Source: Massalongia carnosa (taxonomy: Eukaryota). From it: 64,000 nt of DNA. The position numbers were made by a program, and so were the translations under genes. Shown piece after piece: positions 12,769-24,097 of the stretch. Positions within the stretch are counted from its first letter, which is position 1. Every line of letters starts with the position of its first letter. Where the stretch lies: positions 1,240,001-1,304,000 of the forward strand of contig OZ287073.1 in assembly GCA_965645245.1 (NCBI GenBank). Reading direction: 5' to 3'. The notes under the pieces are model-generated. The model was given only the letters and a program-made list of their open reading frames with translations, was not told the DNA's origin and did not search any database.

Positions 12769-13668
12769 ATGGTCAACTTTTTGTGTTTTCCTCAAGAAAT
12801 CCGATCTTCCATCTACCAGAAATGCCTCGTCCGAGAGGAATTCCTGGCCTTCTGCGACCATGACGTGGGGATGAAACCTTGCAACCCCAATATTAACTTG
12901 CATCAGCGATCTGTGTGGCAAGGGAATATCAATCCATGTGATACGTACGTTGAGGGTGCCAGACATCCGACAGATTTCGATTCCACCTTTATGACATATG
13001 GAAAGGACCCCAGGCTCGTTAACGACCCTGTGAATGTAAATATCTTTCTCTCGAATAGACAGATTTACAAGGAGAGCCGTCAAGTATTCTATACGTATAA
13101 CGGTTTCCACTTTACGACCTCCTATAGGACTGCGGTTCCAGCGTGTTTGGCATTTCTTCACGACAGGCCTTCAGAAGTCCTTGGATATGTTTGTAGCCTG
13201 TCAATCAGAGTTGCCATGGATCCCTATCAAGGCCCTGCTTGGTACTTCGTTCCCATGCCTTCCTGGCGTAATCTTTGTGATCGGTTGAGTAGGTTTCAAT
13301 CGCTCCAATGGCTGAGCCTGGAAATCATCGCCCACGGCCCTGACGTCAGAACAAGTCCATGGAGGACAGCGCCAGTCAATCACACAACCGATAGCTGGGA
13401 CACTGCAGAATCACTCGGGTGGGTCAACGACCTTCTTACCATCAAAGGTTTAGAGACGCTAGAAATAAAACTACTTAATGATCATGGTCTCGACGAAAAT
13501 TTGGCTTTTGTCAGAATGCTCGGGTCAAGAATGTTGAAAAATGGCAACGGCAACGGCAACGGATTGTATGGGTCTCTCCTTGATCTCACAGATATTGATC
13601 CGGATACGTCAACAGTTCGCCAAGTTTATTTCGGAGCATTACCGGACGCCCCCCTTTTGGAAAAGTAA
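12769..13668 (+). CDS. Hypothetical protein with F-box-like N-terminus
   Basis: Intronless ORF; FLCFPQEIRSSIYQKCL and IFLSNRQIYKESRQVFYTYNGFHF are typical of this fungal orphan family. Confidence 0.65.
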   Translation: MVNFLCFPQEIRSSIYQKCLVREEFLAFCDHDVGMKPCNPNINLHQRSVWQGNINPCDTYVEGARHPTDFDSTFMTYGKDPRLVNDPVNVNIFLSNRQIYKESRQVFYTYNGFHFTTSYRTAVPACLAFLHDRPSEVLGYVCSLSIRVAMDPYQGPAWYFVPMPSWRNLCDRLSRFQSLQWLSLEIIAHGPDVRTSPWRTAPVNHTTDSWDTAESLGWVNDLLTIKGLETLEIKLLNDHGLDENLAFVRMLGSRMLKNGNGNGNGLYGSLLDLTDIDPDTSTVRQVYFGALPDAPLLEK

Positions 13669-15117
13669 AGCAGTTATTGCAAACTAGGAAGGCCATCAGC
13701 TTTTGTTCATTTAGGAAGGGCGATTTGACAGTCAGTTTTTGCGCCAGTCAACTCTCACCCTGAAAAATTCCAATAGGAGTTTGTATTTGATACCGGTATT
13801 ATACACCATACTGCCGGTTTCTTTAATTCTAGCTGCCAAACAATTTCATCCTTGGTCCTTTCTATCTACTCTCTCCCTATTCGACATGATTCGAGCATGT
13901 GTATTTGGCTAACACGGTCTATCATCTATTAGGAAGTATTCAAACGAGTTTTTGAAACTTCCACCCCAATGAAGAGTTTTAGGTTTTCCAAAGGTCACTA
14001 GCATGCAAGCCTAGCCAGTTCTGGAACTTTATCCTTAGACACGCCTAAGTAGCCGCTTCCCTCTCTTTTCCCTTTGTATTATTGAGTCTTGGATTGATTT
14101 TGTGTACGCAAACTGTAACATCTTTTGGTTTATCTACCATGTACAAAATTTTGACTGTTTTTTTATTTTAAAAAAGCCATCTGAGATAGGTTAGGGTACT
14201 AGAACTCTGAAATAGAGAGTTGATAATTCCAGCTTAAGTACTTATCAGCCAAGCAACACCACCCAGCTCCTTTTATTTTATTTTTATTACAGAAAATATG
14301 TTCAATATTCATTTGCACACATACATACACCACACAAACACACATCTAATTAGGTGGGTAGCCAACCAACCTCTCCCCCACCCTCCCCTCCCCTCCCCCC
14401 CCAACAAAATGCCCCTTTTCCTTTCAGGGATAAATAAACGTTTCGCCACAATTCCCAGCTACACCAACTAACCAAGTAAAAGCAACCGGTTAACTACTTA
14501 GACCGATAGACCGATTTCCCTCCCAACCCCCCTCACTCCTTTGAACCTGCAAACCTGCACGCTCGCTCACCTTCGTGGCGCTAGCCCCGGAAACTCTTGT
14601 TTGTGGCTTGCTGACTGGCTGACTGGTCAGGAAAGGATGGAATGGCCTTGTTGGCCTTTTTCGGGCGGGGTTTCTTCCTTTCTTGAAGATCATGTTGGGT
14701 AAGGGGGGAGGGCGGAGGGGGATGTTCATTCACCACGGCCTGCGCTTGCGGAAGGAAAGTTCATTCCCTCGATGCGAGAAGAATAATCTAGGAACAGAAA
14801 ACCAATTCATTAGAGTAGCTAAAACCGCTTCTCGCTGATCGCCCATGTGAAACCCCAAATCACCATCGTTCCGGATTTTTTTTTAAAAAGAGACTCTAAC
14901 CGATACTTGATCTAGCTTTCGTGAGGAATATCCATTAACCCTCAACTCAACAATAATCTTAGACGTCTAGGACATCTGCCAAGCTTCTCCATCCTTTCCC
15001 CGTAATCTCCAAAGTTATCATCTCGCCCAAAGAAAGCGAAATAATCGCCAAATGGCCCGAGGAAAGAGGTCCCAACGGACGGGAAGGCCTCTAACCTCAC
15101 TCTCCAGTCAGATCCGT

Positions 15118-15678
15118 CTAAGCCGCCGGGATGCTGAGGCCGGCTTTGGAAAGCAAGACTGATACAGAAGTCAACAAAATCGGTACCAAGTTCGTTCCGA
15201 TGCCGAGGCCAAGACCAGCTACACCCGGGATGGTGACGCCTCCGGTGTTGATAGTCTGCTGGATCAGGGTGATGAGAAACTGCAAAATGGCGACAGCAGA
15301 AGAAAGGTTAGGGACGAGAGTTGCTGGGACCGCAGGGGCTGGGGGGCTGGGGGAAAACGGGAAGCTGCCGCTGCCGGGGAGCCCCCCAACGCTTGGCAAG
15401 GATGGTGTGGAAACTCCCGGGGGCGTGGCGGGAAGCCCGGTGGCTGCCTCGACAGAACTAAGGACCGATGACAGAGAAAGCGGAAGCGTGGTCGAAACAG
15501 GTGGAACGCCACCGGGAAGAGCAGGAGCACCAGGGACGGCAGGAGCTCCTGGTAGGGCTGGAACCCCTGTGGGTATGACGACGGGTAGAGCTGGGGCTGG
15601 AGCTGGCACAGGCAGAGGGCCCAAAGCAGAAACTGAAAGGACACACGCCATCAATGAAAGTAGAGTAGGGTGATGCAT
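15118..15678 (-). CDS. Secreted Pro/Gly/Ala-rich protein with hydrophobic C-terminus
   Basis: ATG-initiated 186-aa ORF with signal peptide MHHPTLLSLMACVLSVSA and P/A/G repeats. Confidence 0.65.
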   Translation of the reverse strand: MHHPTLLSLMACVLSVSALGPLPVPAPAPALPVVIPTGVPALPGAPAVPGAPALPGGVPPVSTTLPLSLSSVLSSVEAATGLPATPPGVSTPSLPSVGGLPGSGSFPFSPSPPAPAVPATLVPNLSSAVAILQFLITLIQQTINTGGVTIPGVAGLGLGIGTNLVPILLTSVSVLLSKAGLSIPAA

Positions 15679-16086
15679 CCTAGTGGAAGATTAGAATAGT
15701 GGTAGTTGGGATGATCTGGTATTGTTGTAAGTGGTCCAAGGTTGTATAATGGTCAAGCAGCTGAACCAAGGTACAGGAGGCAGGCGGTCTTATTTGTAGC
15801 CGCAGACGAGCTTAGGGAAAATTCCGTTCAACAGCGTCGGTAGCATTCCTAAACCCCTTGATCACGTTGGAGTGATGACACGCATTCCTCGCAACGTAAT
15901 ATGACCCTTCCAACAATGCCAGCGTTTCAACTAGACCTGTTACCCAGTCTCTTGGGCCTGTGCTGAAAGTTTTTCTCATTCTCGTCAAAAGACGGACCAA
16001 TCACATGACCATGGAAGCATTCCCTTCAGGTTTCGTGTGGAATTCATGGATTGTTAGGTCTGAGTTGGAAGGCACCATAATCCATC

Positions 16087-17006
16087 TCAAGATTCCCGAG
16101 CACCGCGGGGAGCAAAGCCAGCTCCCCCTCTTACACTCATATCAGGACCACGTGGACTTCTGATGGGTTGTTGCTGTTGTGATTGTAACAGTTGCTGGTC
16201 AGTCGGGATAGAGCAACCTGATGGTACTTGAGAGTCTAATTTGGCTGTATAGTTTGGATCATACAACTGTCGAGCCCTACCACCTGTGGATGAGGATGGT
16301 CGATTCTCTCGATTCTCTCGATTCTCCCGATTCTCCCGATTCCCTTTGTTCTTATTTTGACTTTTCAGCTCGCCATTTTTTTTCGCCATATTTGAGTTGA
16401 CATTGCTTGCAAAAGACATTCCAGGGGCAACCTCTGTACCGAAGAGTCGTTCTCGGGCTTCTTCGTATTTTTTTTGCTTTTCTTCTCGCTCTCGCTGAGC
16501 CTTCTCTTGGCGTTCTTCCATTGTCAGCGCGGTTTTTCGCGTATCATTTTCGTCCTCATCATCCTCATCCTCTAGTGGAAGTTGATTCAAGCCAAGAGCT
16601 GTAGCTGCGATAGCTTGTTTAGTCACCGGTTTGCGGCTTAAAACCTTCATTGCGGGCTTGAACTCGCTTTTCAAAGGTACCTCACCGCGAGTGTTTAGGA
16701 AGAATGAGTTCTTTGGTGCCTCACTGAAAGATAGTTGAATAATTAAAGTCCCTGGGCCATCACGAGGATTAGACGCAACTTACGCATCTTCCCATAACTG
16801 CTTGTTCAGCTCCGCCTGTTTCGCTCGGCGTTCTGCTTTGGTCAATTTTGTGCTGTTGGGAAGAGGATCCAACGACGCTGTAGACAAGTTCTTGAATAAA
16901 AGAGGTAAGCAAGGCGGGTTCATTACTTCTATCGGTATCAATTTACATCTGCTTTCGCCACCCAGTCATCATCCCAAGCATCGGTGACTTTTCCATCAGT
17001 ACCCAT
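16087..17006 (-). CDS. SUZ / SUZ-C domain protein (SZRD1-like)
   Basis: Spliced: MGTDGKVTDAWDDDWVAKAD.../...QLWEDA/...FKPAMKVLSRKP, EERQEKAQREREEKQKKYEEARERLFG, C-terminal PIRSPRGPD..GF. Confidence 0.8.
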
Positions 17007-17194
17007 TGTACGTTCGGTTAGGCAAAATTTCAAGACCTGATTGATTGAGATACAAAGTCTGGGCAGCTTCCTCAATCAGCTTCATCCAGCTGACAAGGTT
17101 TTGTTGCAAGATGTGAATTCGTAATAAAATTAAAAGGAAAGACATTGATTTAATTGATATAGGGTAACTTCTTACATAATCATGTACAACTCTA

Positions 17195-18853
17195 CAGAGG
17201 TTTGACACCGAAAGTCCTGATAATACGCTAATGTAAAGCTAATACTAGTGTCTTGGCAGATTATAGTGCCGAATTCTGGAATTTCTAGTCATCCACCTCG
17301 TCATCGCTGCTAGTATTACTATTATCACCCGCTCGAAGGCCTCGTCGACCTCGATCATATCGTTCTTTTCGTTCTTCACTGATTTAAAGACGAACTCCGC
17401 TTTCTGCTTCGGTGGAACCTTCGCGATACTGATTCCCACCCTTTAAAGCTATAACCTGCTGAATATGACGAGGTATGCGCTCAATCCAGTGCTGAATACG
17501 TTTCTGAGTCAATATCTTTTTCCAGCACCGAGTCCAAACCTTTTCCATGATGATTCTCTTCGTCGGACAGCCTCTTCGGGTGGTTTGTCGCTTCATCCAG
17601 GCCCAACAAGTCTCGATCATATTGAGATCAGGAGAATTTCCGGGCCAAATCAAGCGCATAACTCCTGCATTCATAAATATCTGATCCTGATGCTTACAAG
17701 CATGACTGGGAGCCTTGTCTTCCTGTATCAAAGTGTCCGGACGATTTATCATGCAGTGAAGAGCGAAGGGAATCAATTTGGGAATTAATATATGAATTTG
17801 ATAGCGATACCAGTCAATTTTTCCTTTACCATCTCGCTCCATTTTACCGTGAGCTTTGTTCCATATCCAAGTGGGCTTTCGACCTCCAGGATTTCGTAGT
17901 CCCATTCGTCTTATTCCGTTGGTTAATTCCCATTCTTCTTTCGCTGCAGGTTCTGCAATGTCGTTGAGCCGTTTTAAATGCTCAATTGCAGCCTTCTTTT
18001 CAGCAGCGGTCTCGTCTTTCCAAATGTGCATAGGACCTTTCTTATCATAACTAAAAGAACCCCAAAACATGAACTCCGAATATCCTTTCCATCGTCGACG
18101 AACGCAAGTTTTATTGTACGATTCGGTTGAATCGCGCCATACTCGTATACATGCTCGACGAGTGCCCAAAAAAACGCTTGTATCGTCGGTCCAAATGACC
18201 TTCTTCCAGTCTTCGATCGTCCAGTGTTCATGTCGCAAGGCGAACTGATATCGAGCCTCCATCATTGCAGGAGTGAGACCGGGTTTTTTAGTTGTTTTAC
18301 GCCATCGCAAACGATTACGTTTTAGAACTCGAAGAATAGTTGTTGCGGAGACATTGTGCTCATATGCAAGCACTGCGGCAGGTTTTTCTCGACCATTTGC
18401 GTCTTTTCGAACTGTTGTCAAAATGTCAGATTCAACCTCCGAAGTCACCTTCGGTGGACGACCTGAACGAGGTGCATCTTTGACATATTCTTCTTTCATA
18501 ACAGAAGAGACCTCCGGATCAAAACCTCGTTCTCTAGCTTTTTTCTCAGACGTCTGACGGTTATAGAAGTCATAGCGGAGGCTGTAGCAGCTGCATCTAT
18601 TCCAACTCCATGTTCAACCAAAGAAAGAGCCTGTAATCTTGCAGCTATTGTATGATTTACTGTTCGTGAATCACCCATGATTATATAAAATATATTATAG
18701 AAAATTTGATAATAAAACAAACATCAAAAGCTGAAGTTTCGACCTTGTTGTTAAAATTTTGAATGATCTCCCTATAGCATTTTTAACGCTAAATCTACGT
18801 GGCGTTTTTAGCCCGCATTAGCGTATTATCAGGACTTTCGGTGTCAACCTCTG
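17195..18853 (-). mobile_element. Tc1-family DNA transposon (DD34E)
   Basis: About 38-bp TIRs CAGAGG(T)TTGACACCGAAAGTCCTGATAATACGCTAATG with a 1-nt indel; TA on the left flank, AA on the right. Confidence 0.9.
17384..18678 (-). pseudogene. Tc1 transposase split by a -1 frameshift
   Basis: HTH start MGDSRTVNHTIAARLQAL...RRLRKK; the frame changes at the A6 run (18539-18544); then PRSGRP, VIWTDD, IQEDKAPSH, WPGNSPDLNMIE (34 residues between D and E). Confidence 0.85.
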
Positions 18854-18868
18854 AATGTTGCCTCAGTA

Positions 18869-19499
18869 CTCAGACGTGCCCGGCTAAGCCCCTTCGGGTA
18901 AGCTTACAGAACGTTAAGCCCCTTCGGGTTAACAGGCTGACTACGCAGCACATCTGTGAGCCCAAAACTCATCAGATATGGCTTAACGATCATGACAAGA
19001 ACGATTTCGACCTCATAGAACAACGTCACAACTTCATTGTTTTCATGTTTGTAACGTCGTCGTCGCTTGATATGATCATGATCAATGTATTTTTGATTTT
19101 TTCGTTATAAATTTCAATCTTTATTTATGTTTATAACGTGCAGAGCAATTTTACATACAGCTTGTTATTTTCGTTAAGTCGATTCTCGATTTCTATGCGA
19201 AGTGCAATCAGATTGCCCCACATGAACTTTACAACGAACAGGAATTTCAGGAAACTTTCTATACAAATTCTACTTGAATTCTTTCGAAGAAATAGCCTGT
19301 GTCAAACGAAAAAGCAAGACGTCAAAATGTCGAAAAATCGCAATAATACACGATTTATTACGAATAATCTGACCGTAATATTGAGTTTTGCACTCAGACG
19401 TGCTATCGCAGCCACGTTAGTCAGCTGGGACGCTAATCCGAAGGAGCTTAGGGAAATAGGCTAACCTGGAGGGGCTTAGACGGCTCACGCACGTTGAGG
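18869..19499. mobile_element. Composite of two degenerate MITE units bracketing an AT-rich insert
   Basis: 18869-18960 and ~19393-19499 share CTCAGACGTGCCCGGCTAAGCCCCTTCGG and GTTAGTCAGCTGGGACGCTAATCCGAAG blocks with the copies at 37.9 and 47.1 kb. Confidence 0.7.
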
Positions 19500-19599
19500 C
19501 AAGTATTTCCTTGAATGCGGAAGTCCCTTTTTCCGTCCCGTTTCAAGCTTCACATTTGACAATGTGACAACCGAATGGCAGTTTGCTTAATATCCAACA

Positions 19600-20209
19600 A
19601 TGTCAGGTAAAGCCCCTGTATAGTTCATTAACCTACTTGCTTTGCTATTCAATAACACTCTAACCCAAAACCTAAAATAGACGCTGACGGTGACTCTCAA
19701 ATGCGTTCCTCCTCGTCCGATGAGGACGAATCTGAGATTCTCTTCCCCTCCGCCAACGAGCCGCCAAACGCGCATAATCAAACTCAAACTTCGATCTTCA
19801 CCACCGCTTTGTCTCCTCCAACGTCTCAAGATGCCCCTGGCGATAGTGGCTGGAGTGGATTTCCAGACGATGAAATGGACCTTACGGAGAGCTCTGGGAC
19901 GGTTGATGGTGGCGGTTCGAAGATGCATTTGAGTTCTACGTACATATTCGGGAACAATAATCAGCCACAGCTACAACAGAAGGGAGACCATGAAGTAAGA
20001 ATCGACGTGGAGCGTGAGCCGGGCTACGCCTGGAACAATAAGAAGGCGAGGGATGAATATCAAAGAGCCATGGAACTGGTGGTAGACAAGAACTTTAATC
20101 TCCGTATTAGATGCATTTTCTTGGATGCATGTGATAACGCTGATAATAAAATACAGGCGAATTTGGAGACATTTTCGATGACGAAGCCACAGCTCCCAAT
20201 GGAACTTAA
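19600..20209 (+). CDS. Conserved hypothetical acidic protein, 2 introns
   Basis: MS/DADGDSQMRSSSSDEDES...EPGYAWNNKKARDEYQRAMELVVDKNFNL/REFGDIFDDE; GT-AG introns at 19607-19680 and ~20104-20156. Confidence 0.7.
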
Positions 20210-20559
20210 GACTCATTAGGGACTGATCGACGACACTCATCATGGATTGGGGATATATGCCACGGGCGTTGGTATATGAGCGATGGGCTTTGACTGTTTT
20301 ATATTAGATGGTCTTCATACGAAAGGCAGTCGAAAGCGAACTGATGTATCATCCAGCAAATCCATGCAGAGTTTGCATTATCTAGCTGGAAACAACCTGT
20401 GCATGGGGGCGGGCACTTGAATATATGTAACTCGAGCTAGCGCATGTTCCGCCGTATTATCGACGTACAGGCCACCAAATTTCGAGTGCACAACGGGCAA
20501 CCATTTCATTGTGGTGTTTTGTGATAGATGTACTGTCGGTTGCTGAGATCATGGAGCAA

Positions 20560-21332
20560 TTATCTTCGAGGTCCGCTAGATGCCAATCCAGGCACCCCGC
20601 TGTACCTCTCTTCCCTTTCGGTCTTGAAGAGGACTTGTATAAAAAACTCCTTACTATCTTCATCAAACCAGGTCCAAAACCTCCCCTGACTCCTATCCAC
20701 CTCTCTCGCCTGTAATTTGAACCCACATGTCTCGTACGGCTCAGCTGCTACCAATAGGTATTGATAATTTTTGTCAGGTGGATCGTCAACCTTTTGCTCA
20801 AATGCCGACATAAACCTAACTCGAGGGAGAACTCCAGGCGTAATCTCGGGGTACTGTAGCTGAAAGAGTAGACCATGCTGTCTTGTCAAAGGATCTCGGG
20901 TTTTGGTGATTTTATACCCCGGCCGGCCGATTTTCACCATATTCCGCCGCACAGGTACCCCCATGTTCACTCCCAGCAAGTTTGCATCCTGAGCTCTGCC
21001 CTCCTTCTGCTCGCGCGCTGCTCGCCTTGCAAGGTTTGTCTGATGCTTCCGCCCTTGGGTATGAGCAAGATATGATCCGTCATTCTGATGTACTGTGAGA
21101 CAAAGTCGACACTCGAAAGATCCCACATGGTTTTTGAAGAAATATGGGTCTTTATCAAGATCAATGGTTTCTAGAGCGAGCTTTCGTAGTCTTTCTCGTC
21201 GGTCGGCATTTGTGCTAGAATACGATGCCACTCCACCACCGCCAAATTTACTACCCGCACGGTTCTATAGGAATTTGGAGTTAATTGACCGCCTAGGTAT
21301 AGCTAGGGAGCAGCACGTACTTGGTAATCCAT
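20560..21332 (-). CDS. SAP62: Splicing factor 3a subunit 2 (Sap62/Prp11)
   Basis: MDYQ/NRAGSKFGGGG, RRERLRKLALETIDLDKDPY, zinc finger ECRLCLTVHQNDGSYLAHTQGRKH, RFMSAFEQK. Confidence 0.95.
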
Positions 21333-21653
21333 GCTGGAGTTGTTATATGCAAATTTAGTATTCTAAGCTTCAACAGTGCAGGAGACTCGATAATATTTAT
21401 ACTATTTGGAGATGCTATATGTGACAGGGTTTAAGTTGCGAGTATCTGGCTGGAGATGAACTTGGTTAAGTAAAGGGTCGTTACAAGCAGGAACGCATTG
21501 TTACTCTGCACCTTCCAGACTCTGAGCACGAGCCAATCATAGGGCTGAATTTATATTTGCGTCAATCACGTGTTTTCATTCAATATATGTTCAAAATGTA
21601 AACGATGAGTAATACTCCATCGTTTGTCGTATTCTCAATAGCCTGGAAACAAA

Positions 21654-23614
21654 ATGCAGAGAGAATTCTACATTGGACAGCGAATTTCCTTTGCAAAGAC
21701 ACTATGTACAGTCCGCTATGTCGGACCAGTCAAAGGCACCAAAGGCGAATGGTTAGGGGTTGAATGGGATGATCCAAGCAAAGGAAAACACAATGGGAAC
21801 CACGAAAATGTGAAGTATTTCGACTGTGCGTAAAAATATGCATGACCTTCTATGCCGAAGTTCTTCTAAATTAAGAGGCATCAGCCAGGTCAAAGCAAGG
21901 CCCCAAACCCAGGCTCCTTCGTCCGGCCATCCAGGCACTCAGACCCGCCCCTTGGCTTCTTGGAAGCTCTGGGAAAAAAGTACGCACCCGGTGACGACGG
22001 CGGCCCTGCAACGGAAGTAGAGATCAAGATCAGCGGTAAGCTGGTAGAAGAAGTCGGCTTCGATAAGATCCGAGAGCAGCTAGCCATGCTGCCCGAATTG
22101 CGCATCGTTGTGCTCGATGGGCTGTGCATAGCCGGTGTGCAAGCTCGTCCGTGGATCGGATCTTCCGAACTTCGTATACAGGATCGACAGCGTATTCGAG
22201 AGCAGAGATTCAAAATCCGGGAGCTTGATTTGAGCAGAAACTTGCTCGAGACATGGGCCGATGTCGCGGAGATTTGCAGTTCGCTCAAATCGCTGCACAG
22301 CCTAAAAGTCGAGTATGTTCTTCTTCAGCTATTTCGTTGTAAGAAACCTCTACTCATTAAGCTGATTTCTAGTGGGAATCGATTTCGAGTTCTTGCGCTG
22401 CCACCTTTTGGAAAGGGCGAGGAGCCTTTTCCCTTTGTCAAAGAATTAAGCCTAGATGAGACTCTCCTCACCTGGGATAATGCAAGCAACCCCCCTCTCC
22501 ATTTTTTCCCAAGATCCAACAAACTAACATCTCCATAAAGATCGTTCTCTTAACCAGCACCTTCCCCTCCTTAGTAACCCTCTCCCTCGCCTCCAACGCT
22601 CTCTCCACCATCCCCACTCCCCTCCCAAACCCCCACCTCAAAAACCTAAGCTTAGCCTTCAACCTCTTCCCATCCCTCACCTCTTTACTCCCCCTCACCG
22701 ACCTCCCCGGCTTGCAGTCTCTCTCCCTTCGCTCCAACCCCCTCACATCCCTCTCCACCCCAACCCCTTTCCTCCCCCTAAACCACCTAGACCTAACATC
22801 CACCCTCCTCCCCTCCTCCCTCTCAGCCCTCTCGCCCCTCCCTCAAACCTGCCCACAACTCTCCTCTCTCCTAACAACGCATACCCCCCTCTCCGCCCTC
22901 CCCGCCGCCTCCCTCCTCACCATCGCCCGCATACCCACCCTCACAGCCCTCAACTTCAGTTCCGTCTCCCCCGCCGAGCGCCAAAACGCCGAACTCTATT
23001 ATCTCTCGCTCATCGCGCGCGAGCTCTCCGCCGCTGCCGCCGATGCCGCCGACTCCGACGGGATGACCGCCCGGGTGTTGGAGCGACATTCGCGCTACGC
23101 CGATCTCTGCGCGCTGCACGGGGCCCCGGCCGTGGCCGCCAAACGCCCTGGTGGTCTAGACGGCGAGGATGCTGCGGACATGTTGGAGGCGCAGATTGTG
23201 GCGTTCTCGTTCTATGTCCGAAGTGGGGAAACGGTGCTGGAGAAGACAATCGACATCCCGCGTTCCGTCGACGTATATGCCCTTAAGGGGATTGTGGGCC
23301 GAGCGTTCGGGCTTCGACCGCTAGGATGCCGGCTGGTGTGGGAGAGCGGGGAGTGGGATCCTGTAGCGGCTGGGGTGGACGGCGGCGACGATGGGGAGTG
23401 GACCTGCAGCGAGGACGAGAGTGAGCATGAGCATGAGCATGAGCATGAGAAAGAGCGGAAGGAGGGGCGTGGGGGTGTGGGGAGCGAGAAAATTGCCACG
23501 GAGCAGGAAGCGGGCAAGTGGGTACGGCGGGAGGTGGAATTGGTGGATGGGACGAGGGAGGTAGGGTTTTGGATTGGTGAGAAGGAGGCGCGGGTGAGGG
23601 TCGAAGAGCGGTGA
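21654..23614 (+). CDS. PAC2: Tubulin-specific chaperone E (CAP-Gly, LRR, Ubl)
   Basis: CTVRYVGPVKGTKGEWLGVEWDDPSKGKHNG CAP-Gly, EEVGFDKIR, LRRs (LDLSRNLL, LSLASNAL), ERQNAELYYL; 3 introns. Confidence 0.9.
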
Positions 23615-24097
23615 AGTAGTTCATCTGGCTAGTCAAAGGGTGAGTAATTCGGGGGATGGGCTGGGAGTTTGGATCTGTCTGTCTGTCTGTCTGTTTGTGT
23701 GCTATGATCACCCTCCCCATCGGTATCGCCATGCCAACCAACCTATCTAACTATTCCCGAGAAAAGGGCTCCTCATCCCGTTTCATTTGACTTTACCTCA
23801 TTTTCCCTTTCCCCTTTCCCGCTGGTCTGGTCTAAATGAATTCCAATCGCGCTCAACAAACCGCCCCCAGCGTTTCCCCCTCCCTCCCGTAGGAAAGGGC
23901 TTTGGTCCTGCAAAACCCTCTCCCTCCAAGGAGAATTGAAAAAGTAGATCACCTTGACTTCTTCCCACGTCCAACGCGCAAACCGTACCTACCCCACCAC
24001 GGCTCCCCTACGCCCTCACGAGCGAATTCTAAATGCCATAGCTGCTAGTCACATAATCATAAACACAACTCCCTTCCCCGGGGAATCAGAGAAACCC

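Noticed and set aside
15131..15673. 180-aa ORF antisense to the Pro/Gly-rich gene
   Set aside because: Codon-aligned mirror of a GC-rich low-complexity ORF; the minus strand has the signal peptide.
16301..16341. 9-bp repeat encoding RENREN, and the HEHEHE repeat near 23420-23448
   Set aside because: Ordinary slippage repeats in disordered protein regions.
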